A stretch of DNA of 63,735 nt, counting the filler, from Folioceros fuciformis (lineage: Eukaryota), in assembly GCA_049999805.1 (NCBI GenBank). It is 11 parts of 11 records of this genome, joined end to end, with 100 filler letters (N's around TTAATTAATTAA, not from the genome) between each part and the next. Parts side by side here need not be neighbours in the genome. Positions count along the whole stretch, not along the records: positions 24,598 to 27,629 come from JBNGIO010000506.1; positions 27,730 to 30,643 come from JBNGIO010000507.1; positions 30,744 to 37,822 come from JBNGIO010000508.1; positions 37,923 to 43,149 come from JBNGIO010000509.1; 7 more parts are not named here. The stretch is one strand, 5' to 3'. The notes under the pieces were generated by a model, which worked only from the letters and a program-made list of their open reading frames with translations, did no database searches and was not told where the DNA came from. Positions within the stretch are counted from its first letter, which is position 1; each line of letters starts with the position of its first letter. Made by a program: the position numbers and the translations under genes. Positions 25,421-39,766 of the stretch are shown in pieces.

Positions 25421-27847
25421 GGTGTGGCCATGCTAGTGGATGTGCACGCTTAAATTATTGATCTATCTATCTATTAATTTTATTAACAAAGGAATTCTTG
25501 GTTAGACTTGTAATAATTGTTGTTTTAAGTTCACAAGGTATTGATACCATTCTTGGTTTTACATTGTCCTAATCAGTGGAGGCCAAGATCATAACCCTCC
25601 AAACAAACTATTCTATTTACATATACAATTTGCACAAAATATAAATGAATAACAACTTTAGAGGTCTTAGGATTCATTGAAATGTGGCTTTCTAAGGTGG
25701 CATTTGTCTTACTAAGGAAGGAAGATGTACCCTTTTCATGGCTGTTGACATGTGGGCACCCATATTCCTCCTAACCACGACATTATGTAGGTCTACAGCT
25801 CTCTCAAAGATGTTTGCAACCTAAAAGTTTTATAATTTTTGAAGGTACCGTGTTCCATATAATTGATGTGTGATACATCACTTTGAGTGGTTAAGGTCGT
25901 GATTTAAAATGGAAGGACTTGGTTTCTAAGTCTCCAAGTCTTACTTATTATATAAGATGGGTTTCAAAGTCTTCAAGTCTTAATGTTACTTTTGTCTAAG
26001 ACTTTATATTACTTTTGTCTAAGATGAGGTAGTAGAGCACCAATAGTGCTTTAAGGCCCTCAATTGGTAAGGCATTGATGGTGTCAAGCATGTTGGGGAC
26101 CTAAGAAGTAGAGCATTTTTGGCACCCTACTCCCTAGGAAGGGACCTAGAGCATCATGCATGTCGAGGGACCTAGGGAGTAGAATGTGGTGACTTACTCC
26201 TTAGAAGTGACCTAGAGCATCGAGCATACTAGTGTTCTATGGCCCTCATTCACTAGGAACATGAGAAATTTGCAAGGGGGGAATATGCATGAAGGGTGGA
26301 AAATTTACGATATTCTTGTATTGAGATTGATGATGATGTCAAATTTAGCTTTTTTGCACCTTTGTTGGAAAGGAAGACAAGAAAACAAGGTTAGCTTATT
26401 GGCTATGATGCCCAATTTCATCACATGTAGTATTCACGCAAGGTTGGTGATTTGTCAGCAAAGCCTTGGAATGCTTGTTTTAAGCCCATGTGGCAAACCA
26501 TGCATGCAAGTCAGCCTAATTTCAAAGCAAAGGTATAAGTGTTATAGGGGGTGGGAACCGTTCTTTGCTTGACTAGAATCCTGAACAGTGGTGTGCACGG
26601 TATTTTCCTACGTTAAGGTTATATGTGGTAAAGCATAGCATCACCTTCCATGATTAGTTTTCCCAATGAAAAGAAATGTCTCTCGAAATGCCCACAGTTT
26701 TACACACTCTAAGGTCACTTGCATGCTAAACCCATGGTCTATTAGGGCACACGGTGGGGTATGGGTGCCGGCCGATCAGTGCCCACATCCCACCTCGTGC
26801 CCTCATAGACTTGGCCAAATATTGGCTTATGCATGCTATGGGCCGGACGTGAGGAGGGTGGACAAAGATGTATGACGATGAGGACGTGAGAAAAAACTAT
26901 TTTATATAATCCTTGCAAAACACGAGAAAGTCACCAAAGGTTTTGTAGGGGGCACAAAGTGCCGACCAGCCGGCCCTCCCACATTCTCCTCTGTGCCATG
27001 GCACAAAGGCAAATGCAGCATACAACAAGGTTGTGCCACCAAACATAGGGTGGGTAGCCCTTTGTGTGCAAATGCCCTTAAACCGCGAAAGGGCAACAAG
27101 GCTGAGGAGTAGGGTTGGGGGCTGTCTTCTTAACAGCTATAATGAGGCCATTGGTGTGATGTGATCACACGAGCAGTGGTCCCAATCAGATTTTTATCCA
27201 GGTAAAATGAAGGCTCAAAAAGTGTGTTAGACAAAAACGGTCTATGCATTAGCCAAAAGTGAGTGAACACCATGCAACCTATCCAGTGCATGTTTTGATT
27301 GCCACTAGAAGGTGGCACTTGATAAGTTTTAATCAATGTTCGCCACAAAGATAATGTCAATTTTATAAACTTCTATGTGGGTTGCAATCAAAACTCTACA
27401 ATTAAGCACCCTATAGGTGGATTAGTACTTGGACGGGGGTCTAGTGATATAGAGTTTTAAGTGCCTTTTTCATGCATAAGGCAAAAAAGGGGAGGTAAGG
27501 GGAGTGAGGGTGTCGGCCGACCAGCACCCTAACTCCTCTCACCTCCTCTTTTTACTAAGGTGTGAGAGCCCAAGTAGCGAGGGCGACGGCCAGCTAGCAC
27601 CCCCACTCCCCTCACCTCCCCTTTTCACCNNNNNNNNNNNNNNNNNNNNNNNNNNNNNNNNNNNNNNNNNNNNTTAATTAATTAANNNNNNNNNNNNNNN
27701 NNNNNNNNNNNNNNNNNNNNNNNNNNNNNTTATTAAATAACTGCCTACTTGTCACGCGAAACGGTCTACCATCCACACCGTTCCGCCGACCACATCGTTT
27801 CAGCGGGGTTTAATTAACATATTATATTTATGCCTAAATGCATTATA

Positions 27848-29380
27848 TATCATGACAGCTTGACGCATCATCTTTGGAGCAAGGCCTGACCTGATTAGGT
27901 TTCTTGCTCTAATGTCCGTCAGCCTCCAAACAAGTAGGTCTGCAGAACCCTCTCCAGGTTTTGGTGTTGCACCACTCACAATTTCCCATAAATTTTTCTC
28001 TTCCAATGCTCCTTGCATCCTCATGACTCAGATGTCATATTCAGCACCAGTGACCAATCGGTCCTTTTCCTTGAAACCACCGCTGGTCAGAGATTGCAGT
28101 GCATCAATCATTTCATCTCGTGCTTTGTCATCATCATCCATTTTGGATTTCCAGAACCAGGAATAATCTTCATGTGACAAGTTTGTATTTACAGATGCTC
28201 GCCCAGAGTCCACATCCGTACCTTCTTCAGAGTAGTCATCAAAATCAATTAGCCCAACTTCTTGAGCAAGTTTCATGAGCCACTCTGGAGATGTGTAAGT
28301 CCCTCGCTCACTCATGAATTAACAGCTACCCGCATTGTTGGACTCCATCGGCCTGGACTGGCACACAACACACTTTGGTCGTCTTTGGTTTGACACAAGA
28401 GTTTGGGTAATTCTATTACTCTCCTGCAGCTGTCGCTTCATCAAAACAAAACGTTTGATATCTATTTGCTGCAGGTGATCCTCCAACCACTATCTGGTCT
28501 TTAAGACTGTCTAACGTGGTAAGCATGTGCTGGGTTCGGCAGAGTGCAGTGTTGTTGATGTTGTCAAGTCTTTGGGTGAGATGCTGCACGGCAATGGTGA
28601 GGGACTCGTCCCTCTCTCTTGTGACTAACTCAAGATGTAAGGGTGCTAACTACCGTTGACGTTGCTACATAGACCTACGGCGTTGGTGAATACTGGGGTT
28701 AGCGGTGGCTAAATTTGGGATCCTTTCTCTCTGGAGACGCCTATCTAGCTATCTATTCCTCTCAATGGGCAGGTTGGTAATTTCGTAGGGAGGTACGGGC
28801 TAGAAGGCTCTACGCTGATTCCCTCTATGGCTGCGGTGACAGTGCGCCATCCTAAGGAGCAGGTGAGTCTCCCTTCATCAATTCTTGGATCATTCTTGCT
28901 ACGTCCATTCTTGGTCGACAAGCTTGTAGATCAGCGGCTCGAGCTCTGGTCCTACAAATTTTGCTAGGTACAACAACCAGCCACACTTGGTGGCAAGGGA
29001 GTCCATCTCACATCGGCTGTTTGTGCAGGGTATTGAAGATATCCATTTGTTTTCTGTCCAGGCGACAGAAAGCTACAGCTCCTTGGCAGAGAGCAAATGG
29101 ATAGCTTCAACGCTTGGTACCAAGCTCTGATACCATGTCGTTTATGAACAACGATTAGGATTGCATTAAGCGCACGACCGTGCTATGAAAGATACACGAC
29201 GCTAGAGTGGAAACAAGTGAGCTAGCATTCAAGCGACGTTTGCGTGGTGTTCACGAGACATGGCAGTTACTAACGACTAACCGTCGTTCGTAGCCCTAGG
29301 ATAGAATATGTATATATATATATATTTAAATTTAACCTAACTACATAGCCTAATTAGGTAAAGCGAACATCCTTCCAACA
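27848..29380 (-). mobile_element. Copia 5' portion: LTR 29136-29380, PBS, long leader, gag start
   Basis: TGTTGG...ACGACA LTR; PBS TGGTATCAGAGC at 29124-29135; gag MRMQGALEEKNLWEIVSG. Confidence 0.75.
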
Positions 29381-30113
29381 GGTGATCGAGGCCGTTTCTG
29401 GCTGGTGAGCCCGTAGTTCTTCGATCTCGCCATTGTGCTCTTCACCACAATTGCTGCCAGAAGGATTGCGGTGATGAGGGCTATAACTAGGAGGCTCCAT
29501 GGCTCAGCAGACGTGGTCTCCATGTCTGTACAGAAGAATTCGAAGGGCTGCCGCGAGGAACTGGTCGCTCCTACACTTAATGATTTGCACGCTCAAGCTA
29601 GGCTATGCTGCTTTAACCCACACTTGGGTTAAGAGGGAGTGTTAGTAAATAGGTTTAACGCTGCGCTTGGGTTATAATTACTTAGGGTTATTTATGTAAC
29701 TTAGGGTTACACACAGTTTTGTATTTAAAGACCTTTGTGCTTTGTTAATTTAATTCGCTCTTGTGCATTTTGTGTGTGTTTTGTCTAAGAGCACTTCCGC
29801 TATATTTATTTACAGAGTGTGTCCAGATTGGTGACAAATAGAATAGTACATCAGCTTCCTGCTTGGTGAAGGTGATCTCCTTGGTGCTTGGTTGCATATA
29901 GCCTTCACCTACAGCTCAGCTAGCCTCCTCGTCAATGCCTCAACTTGATTGGTTAGTCCTCCACCACTTGAGGACGGTTCACCTTGTAGCAACTCCTCCA
30001 CCCCCTTGGCTGATACTTGACGTAGGAAGTACAGCCCCTACTAAAACCACTAGGGGGGCTGACAATGGAACAATGGTAGGCAAGGGGACTGGCTGACCAC
30101 CAACAAGTGAGTG

Positions 30114-30643
30114 TGTGGAGGCAAAACCCCGGGCACTGATTGCCGACGGGTTCCACCTTTAGTGGCCACACTTATCCCACTGTCGTTGAGACATTGGGTT
30201 TCGTTCCCACGAAGGAGCGATGGGGTTCCTTGCTGCTGTGGATGGAGGGTCGGACTTGATCGACTCAATGACGGATTCGAGGGCTTCCCTCTAGCTCCGA
30301 TCAGGCGTAGGACAGGCCTCGCTGTCCGGCGGTCAGCTGCACCTCTCTCGGTGCCCACAAACTCACTCTAGTCACTACAACGACTCTAACCTCTCAGATC
30401 TACATCTTCCCTCACACACTTCACTCACTCTCTCACTCCAGCACCAACACCAGCAACTACCAGCAACCAGCAACGACACCACTACCTTCTACACTTCCCT
30501 ACGGACTCCTCCTACCCGGCAAGAGTCACTAGACTAACCCCAAACAAAAGGAAGAAGGGAACACACTCCCTTCTTGGGTATCTCCTCCCCACAACCTTAC
30601 CAGACGCCATGAGACATGGCCGGCCTACAGCACTTGACCAAGC
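30114..30643 (-). mobile_element. Gypsy LTR family A partial copy, adjoining a gag-region fragment (29975-30113) of the same family
   Basis: Terminus TGTGGAGGCAAAA; flank homologous to 55215-55345. Confidence 0.7.
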
Positions 30644-30743
30644 NNNNNNNNNNNNNNNNNNNNNNNNNNNNNNNNNNNNNNNNNNNNTTAATTAATTAAN
30701 NNNNNNNNNNNNNNNNNNNNNNNNNNNNNNNNNNNNNNNNNNN

Positions 30744-31197
30744 CCAAGAGGGGAGTGTGTTCCCTTCTTCCTTTTGTTTGGGGTTAGTCTAATGACTCTT
30801 GCCGGGTAGGAGGAGTCAGTAGGGAAGTGTAGAAGGTAGTGGCGTCATTGTTAGTTGCTGGTGTTGGTGCTGGAGTGAGAAAGTGAGTAAAGTGTGTGAG
30901 GGAAGTCGTAGATCTGAGAGGTTGGAGTCGTTGTAGTGACTGGAGTGAGTTTGTCGGCACCGAGAGAGGTGCAGCTGACCGCCGGACAGCGAGGCCTGTC
31001 CTACGCCTGATCGGAGCTGGAGGGGAGCCCTCGAATCCATCATCGAGTCGATCAAGTCCGACCCTCCATCCACAGCAGCAAGGAACCCCATCGCTCCTTC
31101 GTGGGAACGAAACCCAATGTCTCAACGACAGTGGGATAAGTGTGGCCACTAAAGGTGGAACCCGTCGGCAATCAGTGCCCGGGGTTTTGCCTCCACA
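30744..31197 (+). mobile_element. Gypsy LTR family A partial copy, inverted relative to 30114-30643
   Basis: Highly similar reverse complement ending GCCTCCACA. Confidence 0.7.
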
Positions 31198-33195
31198 CTA
31201 TGCTACCCCACAGATTGATGCAACCTGCCCTTACCTCCAATCAGACACCAAATCTCCTTAATCGGCAACACACTAGTAAGACTAGCATGTGGGAATAGTA
31301 AGGACAGCAACCATGGACACTTGCACCATCAGCCAATAATCCCCAACCTCATCCACATCCAACGGCTGAGACTTAGCAACATATGACTAGAAAGGGAGAC
31401 GAGGTCTCAACCACATCAGTCAGCTGAAACAAGAAACATATGGAGCTCATGAAGCAAGAGTTGAAGACCAAAGGGTGGCAAATGAAAAAATGAGTTCAAG
31501 GGACTCTCCTAGACTTATAGGAGCTCCCCTCTCTCTTCACGTCTCTCTCTCTCTCTTTAGGTCAATACTATGAAAAGTCAACTAAATTAATGAACCTCTT
31601 GACTCACTAATCTATGCTTGCCTAGAAAATGACCTAGTGGCAGAAGTCTTAATGGGCCTACCATTTAGGCCCAATCACCACAAGCCAACATAAACTAAGT
31701 TTAAATAGTGGGGCCCGACCCCACTCCTAACACTCCTCTGCCAGTTGTGTCCTTGGGAGGGAACCTTTTGATCTTTTGCTTGCTGTAATTATCCTCCTTG
31801 TCCTCCGGTGCTATACCAGGGTGCAGTTGTTGGGTTGCTCTCCAAAGGCATAGTAGGAGGAGACTCCTCCTGTCCTGTTGGCAACACAAGTGACAAATCC
31901 ACGTTAGCTTCTATCCTAGGGTTAGGTGTCCCCAAGATCTCTTGTCTATCAAATGTGCATTCCGCATCTGTTGGGCTGCCCTCGATGGTTAGATCTTCCT
32001 CTTCTCCCTCCCCCAAAATCTTTTGGTTGAGGTACCAATGTCCCTACAGCAATTTCCTCTTCCTCCTGCAAGCTCTCAACCCTTCGCTCCAGCAACACCT
32101 TCATTTCTTCTAAAATTTTGGCTAACCTCCCATACAAGTGTGCTTGTATTCGCTGGTTTTTGCAAACCAGGTCTTCCATTTCTTCCACCAGCTGATCCTC
32201 TCCCAACTTCTCTCTCAGGGCATCCCTGTCCATGGTAGTCTCTGTGAGTTGGATCCTCAAGCTAGCATTCTCCTTAGCCTCTTGCTCCTATTTCTCTTTG
32301 CGCTTAGTCAAAGCCCATGAAGTTTGAGGCACCAGCTTTGCTCTTTGCCCCCTGCCTGTGAGTGAAGGAGAGAAGGAGAGAAGGAGAGAAGAAAAGAAAG
32401 CAAGCAAAGGAGCAGGATCAGCACCCCTTTCCCCTTTCTCACAACCCCATCAAGGAGCTTCCGTGAGCAGCAATCTAGAGGGAGCATGGCTAGCTCCACA
32501 CATTGCTCTCCACACTAAAATCAACAGATCACCAGGATGCAAAAACCCCCACTGAAGCTAGCTCCTTGTGATCAGCAAATTAGAGAGAAAAGAGATTCCT
32601 TGGGAGACAGCTCCTCACGCCATTCGCTCACAACCCTCCTTCTCACTACTTCAGCCAGCCCCACATGCAACTTGTGCCTCCTCCAACTCATAGATCCCTA
32701 GGATCCCTCCTCAAGATTGCTCCCTAACCACGGATGGAAAACAAACAAGAAGGGGCAGCCACTGCGTTCCTTCTCCCCCTTGGCAGCCTCACTACCCCTC
32801 CACTAGCTAAGCTCACTGCACTCTCCACTATGGCAGCCTCACTGCCCCTCCACTGTGGCAGTACTACCACCTCCTCTCAAGGTCCTTTACTGCCCGTCCA
32901 TTTGCTCACAAATGGCTGCTTTCCCTAAGCTCCCAAGCACCTGAGGACTTAGAGTGGTTGCATGTCACATGGGAACTTAGAGTACTTGCATGGGGCTTGG
33001 TGCCTGCATGCCACTTGGGGACTTAGAGTGCCGGCATGCAATCTGGTGACTTGGAGTGCCTGCATACAGCCTAGTTTAGCAGGTCCCGTGCCCGGACCTC
33101 TCACCAAACCTGATGGTTCGGTACCAGACCACCTCTGTCCCCTCGACAGATCCATCCCACTTCTATCCCTCGAACGGATCCTCGTCACTTTTGTC

Positions 33196-36100
33196 TGTAA
33201 GATCGCTACAAGAGATACATGGTGAAGGAGGAGAGGAGAAAAGAGGAGAAAGAGAAATCACACTCTCTCAATGAGTCTCAATATGCAAGGGAGCTCAAGG
33301 AGGTATTTATACCCTCTAGAAGAGCTCCCTAGGAAGCTTCACAAGAATCGCACAGGAAGCTGCGCAAGAAGCTTCCTAAAGATTAGCTTAAGCTAATCTA
33401 AACTAATGGTACTTAACTAGACATTAATCTTAGACTAAACACATTAGTCTAAGCACATTGGGCTTTAATAACCCTACAACCTCCCACTTCAAGGCCAATT
33501 TACCTTCATAGGAGAGTGGTCTACCTCATGCCCATGAGTGTCTGAGCTTGTGCGAATTGCTCCATAGAGAGCCCCTTGGTAAGAACATCTGTAGGGTTCT
33601 GTCTGGTGTGAACTTTGACAAGTTGTACCCTCTTGTCTTCCAACACCTCTCGAATGAAGTGATACTTCACGTCCACATGTTTGGTCTTCGCATGAAACAT
33701 TGCATTCTTCGCTAATTGAATAGCACTCTGGCTATCATAATGCAACATTGGCAGCTCAACCTTGATCCCCAAATCTCCCACTAAACGAGCAAGCCACAAG
33801 GCTTCCTTGCAAGCCTCAGTCGCTGCAACATACTCGGCCTCTGTGGTAGATAGCGTTATGCACGATTGCAAACGAGATCGCCATGAGACTGCCCCTCCAG
33901 TGCACATGAAGACATAATCTGATGTGGAGCTCCTTTTGTCCATATCCCTGCATAATCAGCATCTGTATATCCCACTACATATGCATCTTCACTACCAAAA
34001 CATAAGCACAAAGCTTTCGTACCATTCAAGTACCTCATAACTCCTTTCACTACCTCCCAATGCTTCTTGCCAAGGTTTGACATAAACCTGCTAACCACTC
34101 CCACTGCAAAGGCAACGTCAGGACGTGTAGCAATCATTGCATACATCAAACTCCCTACAGCTGATGAGTATGGAACCTTCTCCATTTCAGCTTTGTCCTC
34201 CGCAGAGCTTGGGCAATCCTTGCTTGAAAGTTTCACATATGGAGGCAATGGAGTACTGAATACCTTCCCCTTCGCCATGTTGAAACATTGAAGCACCTTG
34301 TTAATGTATTCAGTCTGAGACAAGTAAAGCAAACGCTTTTGTCTGTCTCGACGAATATGCATGCCAAGAATATGGCTTGCCTCTCCCGAGTCTATCATGT
34401 CAAAGCGAGCATTCAACTTTGACTTCAAGGCTGAAATCTCATCACTGCTATTCCCAGCAATTAGCATATCATCCACATATAGGACCAGAATGAGCAAGCT
34501 TCCATCCTTAGCTTGCTTTGTATAGAGGCAATGATCTTCATCGCTACGCTTGTAGCCTTGAGAAAGCATAAATGAGTGAAACTTGTAATACCACTCCCTA
34601 AGTTCCTGCTTCAAACCATAAAGGCTCTTCTTTAACTTGCACACTAGATTCTCTTTGCCCTTCTCAATGAAACCCTCTGGTTGTTGCATGTATACCTCTT
34701 CCTAGAGATCACCATGCAGAAATGCTGACTTCACATCCATCTGGACAAGTTCCATGTCGTGCCTCGCAACCAGACCAAGAACACATCGCAAGGTGGTCAT
34801 TTTGACAACTGGTGAGAAAATCTCATCAAAGTCAATACCATGTTGTTGCTTAAAACCCTTAGCAACCAATCGCGCCTTGTACTTGGGTTTGCCATAATGG
34901 GGTATGTCCTTCATCTTATACACCCATTTGCATGGCAACGCCTTCTTGCCCCTAGGCAATCGAACCAACTCCCAAGTTTGGTTCTTGTGGAGCGAATCCA
35001 TCTGCGACTGCATCGCCTTCTCCCACTTGTCCTTGTCAGTCACTGACATGGCCTCTTGATAACAAGAGAGCTCCCCACAATCCATCAACATGACATAATC
35101 AAGAGATGCAACATACCTGTCAGGAGGACGTGAAATCCTTCCTGACCTACAAAGCACTGGCACCTCGACTGGAGATGGTTGCACTCTCTTTACTTCTACA
35201 AGGGGAGGAACTTGTTCCTGCACATCACGACGTTCAACCTGCGCGGGATGGTAAAGTCCATCTTCTTGGAAGACCACCCGTCGCACCTCCACAGTTGGAG
35301 TAGGCTTCTTGTGCATATTGGTCTCATTGAAGAACACGTCATTGCTGCGAACCATCCTCTTGGCCTCTAGATCCCACAGATGGTATCCCATCTCACCAGA
35401 TTCACCATAGCCAAGAAAATTACATTTTCTTAACTTAGGAGCCAACTTGTCCCGAAACTTCTTCGGAACATGGTAGTATGCCTCGCAGCCAAACACTCGT
35501 AGATGCTTGTATGACGACTTCTTTTCAGACCACATTTCCTCTGGAACCTGTTCATCCACAGCCGTATTAGGAGATCTGTTAATAAGATGCACCGCCGTAC
35601 ACACTGCTTCGGCCCAAAATCTGTTAGGCAATCCAGAGTTTGACAACAAACTACGCATCCTCTCCTGGATGGTCTTGTTCATCCGTTCAGCCACACCATT
35701 CTGGGAGGAGTATACGGCGCAGTCAATTCTCTCTTGATTCCCTTGGAATCACAGAATGACTGGAAAGCCTTCGAAACATACTCTCCCCCATTGTCTGTTC
35801 TTAGACACTTCAGTCGGAGACCAGACTGATTCTCCACAAGGGTGACAAATTTTTGAAACACTGTCTAAACATCATCCTTTTTCCTCAAAGGATAAACCCA
35901 CACCTTGCGTGAGAAATCATCTATGTAAGTGACAAAATAAGATGCACCGCCTAAAGATATAGTGGGCATAGGTCCACAAATGTCACTGTGAACCAACTCA
36001 AGAGGTTTACTTTTGTGTTTACCTCTTGCTCTATGTGGTGACTTCGTCTGTTTCCCATACAAATAGTGCTCACACACGGAGAAATTGGAGAAGTCAAAAG

Positions 36101-37822
36101 CAGGGACGTAACCAAAACAAGATAAGAGCTTCATTCCTTTTTGAGACATATGTCCTAACCGACTATGCCACAAGGAAACACTTGGTTGTTCCGTGACACA
36201 AATCACATGATCCTTGACAATGGTTACCTGAAGTGAGTACAAAGTGCCACACTTCGATCCATGAGCTAACACAAGAGAACCTTTGGAGATCTTCCAAGAA
36301 TGATCTCCAAACCAACAATGGTAGCTAGCGTCATCCAACTGCCCTACGCTAATCATGCTCTTTGTCAACTTCGAAACATGCCTAACATCCTTCAGTACAA
36401 ATGAAGACCCGTTGTCAAACTTCAGCTGCACATCACCAACGCCTACAATCTCGCATGCGTAGTTATTTCCTTTCCTAGTAGCATCATAAGTGCTAAACCA
36501 CTCCCTATGCGGAGTAACATGAAAAGATGCTCTAGAGTCAATTATTCAATTAGAGAATAAGTGACTCTCCACGGCTGTCAGTTGTGCAGAATCAAAGGAA
36601 GAAGAGGTAAGAACATCGCCGTCATCAATAGAGTTCACCTTGTCATGCTTGACACTCGAACATGCCTTGTTGTCGCTTTGCTTCTTCTCCTTGCCTTTGT
36701 CCTTCTTGAACTTCTCGCAATCCCTTCTGATGTGACCCTTCTTGTGACAATGGTAAAACTCAACATTATTACGACTACGAGACTTACTACATGAATGACT
36801 TCGCTCCTTGTACTTCCCATTTGAAGTGGACCTTCCTCTGACCATGAGGGCATTGGAACCTTTTGAAGGTTCTATGTTCTTCTTGTTCAACACCTCTGTT
36901 AACAGGCTGCCTTCTACATTTACAACGGTAAGACCAATGGCAGGAGCGGAATTACTCAGAGCTGTACGAAAGGTGTCCCAACTCTCTAGTAATGTGACCA
37001 ACAGAAACATAGCTCTCACGAAATCTGGGAACGAGATACCTTGAGATGAGAGCTGGCTGAAAATGGTATTGAACTCGTTCAGATGATCGAACATCCTCGT
37101 CCCTTCCTTCATCGTCAAGTCCACCAGCTGTTTCAACTAGTACACCTGAGAAGCCGCACTTTGCTTCTCGTACAGGTCACACAACTTCTGCCATAGCTCG
37201 TAACTTGTGGTCTTGTCTTTCACATTGAAGTAGACCGACTTCGACAATATTAGCATGATGGTAGATTTAGCAAGCTCATCTAGATCCTACCACTCATCCT
37301 GAGTCATGCTAACAGGTTTCACTCCTAGCAACTTGATGGGCTTAATTTGATTCTTCTGTACTAGAACATTATACACTTGTTCTTTCCAGAACGGGAAGTT
37401 AGTACCATCTAACTTCTCGATATTGAACATGACGTTTTATGAGGACGTCATGTTTCAAAATCGATGCAAATCAAGCAAAAGGCTAGTTAGAAAACGGTCG
37501 AATTGTAAAAAGTTACCCTCACAACGAAACAGTTGTCCACAATTTAAGCTTCAGTCGCTAACAACTGGAATATCTCCCGTCGTCCGATCGAGATCCCAAC
37601 TTCCGCGGCTGGGATCGTTTCTGTGCCCACACTTTTGCTCTCGGCGACCGCTATCTCGCGTCCGCTCTTCGGCGCTCATTGCTCCCCAACTTTGGCACTC
37701 GTAGCGCCCGCGGCCTAGTCGTGCTTCAACACCCGCAGCCTCGCTGCGCTTCGGCGCTTGTGGCGACCGCGACAACCCTAAACCCGAGCAAGGCCGGGCT
37801 AGACCCCGCATAAGCCGGGCGC
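33196..37822 (-). mobile_element. Near full-length degenerate Ty1/Copia (gag-PR-INT-RT-RH, about 37451 to 33521), PPT and 3' LTR 33196-33478; 5' LTR not in this contig
   Basis: IDSRASFH, HSDICGP, LRTDNGGEY, YKARLVAKGF, LYVDDMLI, STTEAEY, KTKHVDVKYHF; PPT TGAAGTGGGAGGT next to a TG...CA LTR; several stops and frameshifts. Confidence 0.95.
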
Positions 37823-37922
37823 NNNNNNNNNNNNNNNNNNNNNNNNNNNNNNNNNNNNNNNNNNNNTTAATTAATTAANNNNNNNNNNNNNNNNNNNNNN
37901 NNNNNNNNNNNNNNNNNNNNNN

Positions 37923-39766
37923 CTACGAGGGCGCCTGGCTAGCGGGAGTACCAGGCGGATGCCGCCAGCCCACGGGCATCAGGTCGTAGGCCGACCGGCC
38001 TCCAGGGCGCCAAGCCCCGGCCACCCGCTTGGGGGCGCCAACGGCACCAGCGGCGCCAGGCTGTCAGCCCCCCTTGGACCGCCTGGCCGCGGGCGCCGCG
38101 GCTAACGCGGGTGCCTTACGGGTGCCAAGCCTCCCGGCCGCTGGCCGCTAGGGCGCCACTGGACGCGGACGCTACGACGCCGACACAGGGGTCGTGGATG
38201 CCGGGCGCCAGAGCGCAGGCATCGGAGCGCGGGCGCCAAAGTGGTGCGGGCGCTGTGGGCAAGGGAGCAAGCGCCGAATCAATCCAACCGTAAGGCGCTA
38301 GGATCAATCCAAAGCCGTGGATGGCCAAATCTCGATCGAAGGTCGGGACACTCCAGTTGTGAGCGTTCGAGGCCTGAATTGTGGATAGCCGATTCGGAAC
38401 GAGGTGTGAGGGTAACTATCAAAATCTACATTACATTCTGACCGTTTCTAACTAGCCTTTTGCTTGATTTGCGTCGATTTTGAATTATGACATCCTAAAA
38501 AAACGTCATGTTTAATATCGAGAAGTTAGATGGTATTAACTTCCCGTTCTAGAAAGAACAAGTGTATAATGTTCTAGTGTTAAAGAAACAGATCAAGCCC
38601 ACAAAGTTGTTAGGAGTGAAACCTGTTAGCATGACTTAGGATGAGTGGTAGGATCTAGATGAACTTGCTAGATCTACCATCATGCTAACATTATCGAAGT
38701 CGGTCTACTTCAATGTGAAAGACAAGACCACAAGTTACGAGCTATGGCAGAAGTTGTGTGACCTGTATGAGAAGCAAAGTGCAGCTTCTCAGGTGCATTG
38801 GTTGAAACAACTGGTGGACTTGAAGATGAAGGAAGGGACGAGGATGTGCGATCATTTGAATGAGTTCATTACCATTTTCAGCCAGCTCTCATCTCAAGGT
38901 ATCTTGTTCCCATATTCCGTGAGAGTTATGTTTCTGTTGGTCACATTACCAAAGAGCTAGGACACCTTTCGTACGGCTCTAAGTAATTCCACTCCTGCCA
39001 GTGGTCTCACCATTGTAAATGTAGAAGGTAGCCTATTAATAGAAGAAGTCAACAGGAGGAATATGGAACCTTCGAAAGGTTTCAATGCCCTCATGGTGAG
39101 AGGAAGGTCCACTTCAAAGGGGAAGTATGAGGAGCGAAGTCTTTCCCGTAGTAAATCTCGTAGTCGTAACAATGTTGAGTGTTACCATTGTCACAAAAAG
39201 GGTCACATCAGAAGAGACTGTGAGAAGTTCAAGAAGGACAAAGGAAAGGAGAAGAAGTAGAACGACAACAAGGCAAGTCCAAGTATCAAGCCTGACGAGG
39301 TGAATTCGGTTGATGATGGAGATGTTATTATTTCTCCTTCCTTCGATTCTGTGCAATTGATAGCAGTGGATAGCCACTTATTCTCTAATTGGATAATTGA
39401 CTCTAGAGCATCTTTCCATGTTACTCCGCATAGAGAGTTAGGTTTAGCATCATAGCATCATCCTTTCCTAGTAGCATCATAGGTGGTAAACCTATGATGC
39501 TACTAGGAAAGGATGTGTTTGGCTTGGAAATAAGTACGCATGCGAGATTGCAGGCGTTGGTGATGTGCAGCTGAAGTTCGACAATAGATCTTCATTCATA
39601 CTGAAGGATGTTAGACATGTTCCGAAGTTGACGAAAAACATGATTAATGCAGGGCAGTTGGATGACGCTGGCTACCACTAGTGGTTTGGGGATAATTCTT
39701 GAAAGATCTCTAAAGGTTCTCTTGTGTTAGCTCGTGGATCGAAGTGTGGCACTTTGTACTCACTTT
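37923..39766 (+). mobile_element. Second copy of the same Copia family (GC-rich leader, gag, PR), truncated
   Basis: Close but non-identical reverse complement of about 36230-37540; CYHCHKKGHIRRDC knuckle. Confidence 0.9.

Noticed and set aside
30114-31197. Single element with long terminal inverted repeats
   Set aside because: The arms are on different contigs, there is no TSD (GAGTG vs CTATG), and the family has an LTR-PBS-gag layout at 55774.
36230-39766. Giant head-to-head Copia palindrome
   Set aside because: The centre is a contig spacer, so orientation and adjacency are unproven.
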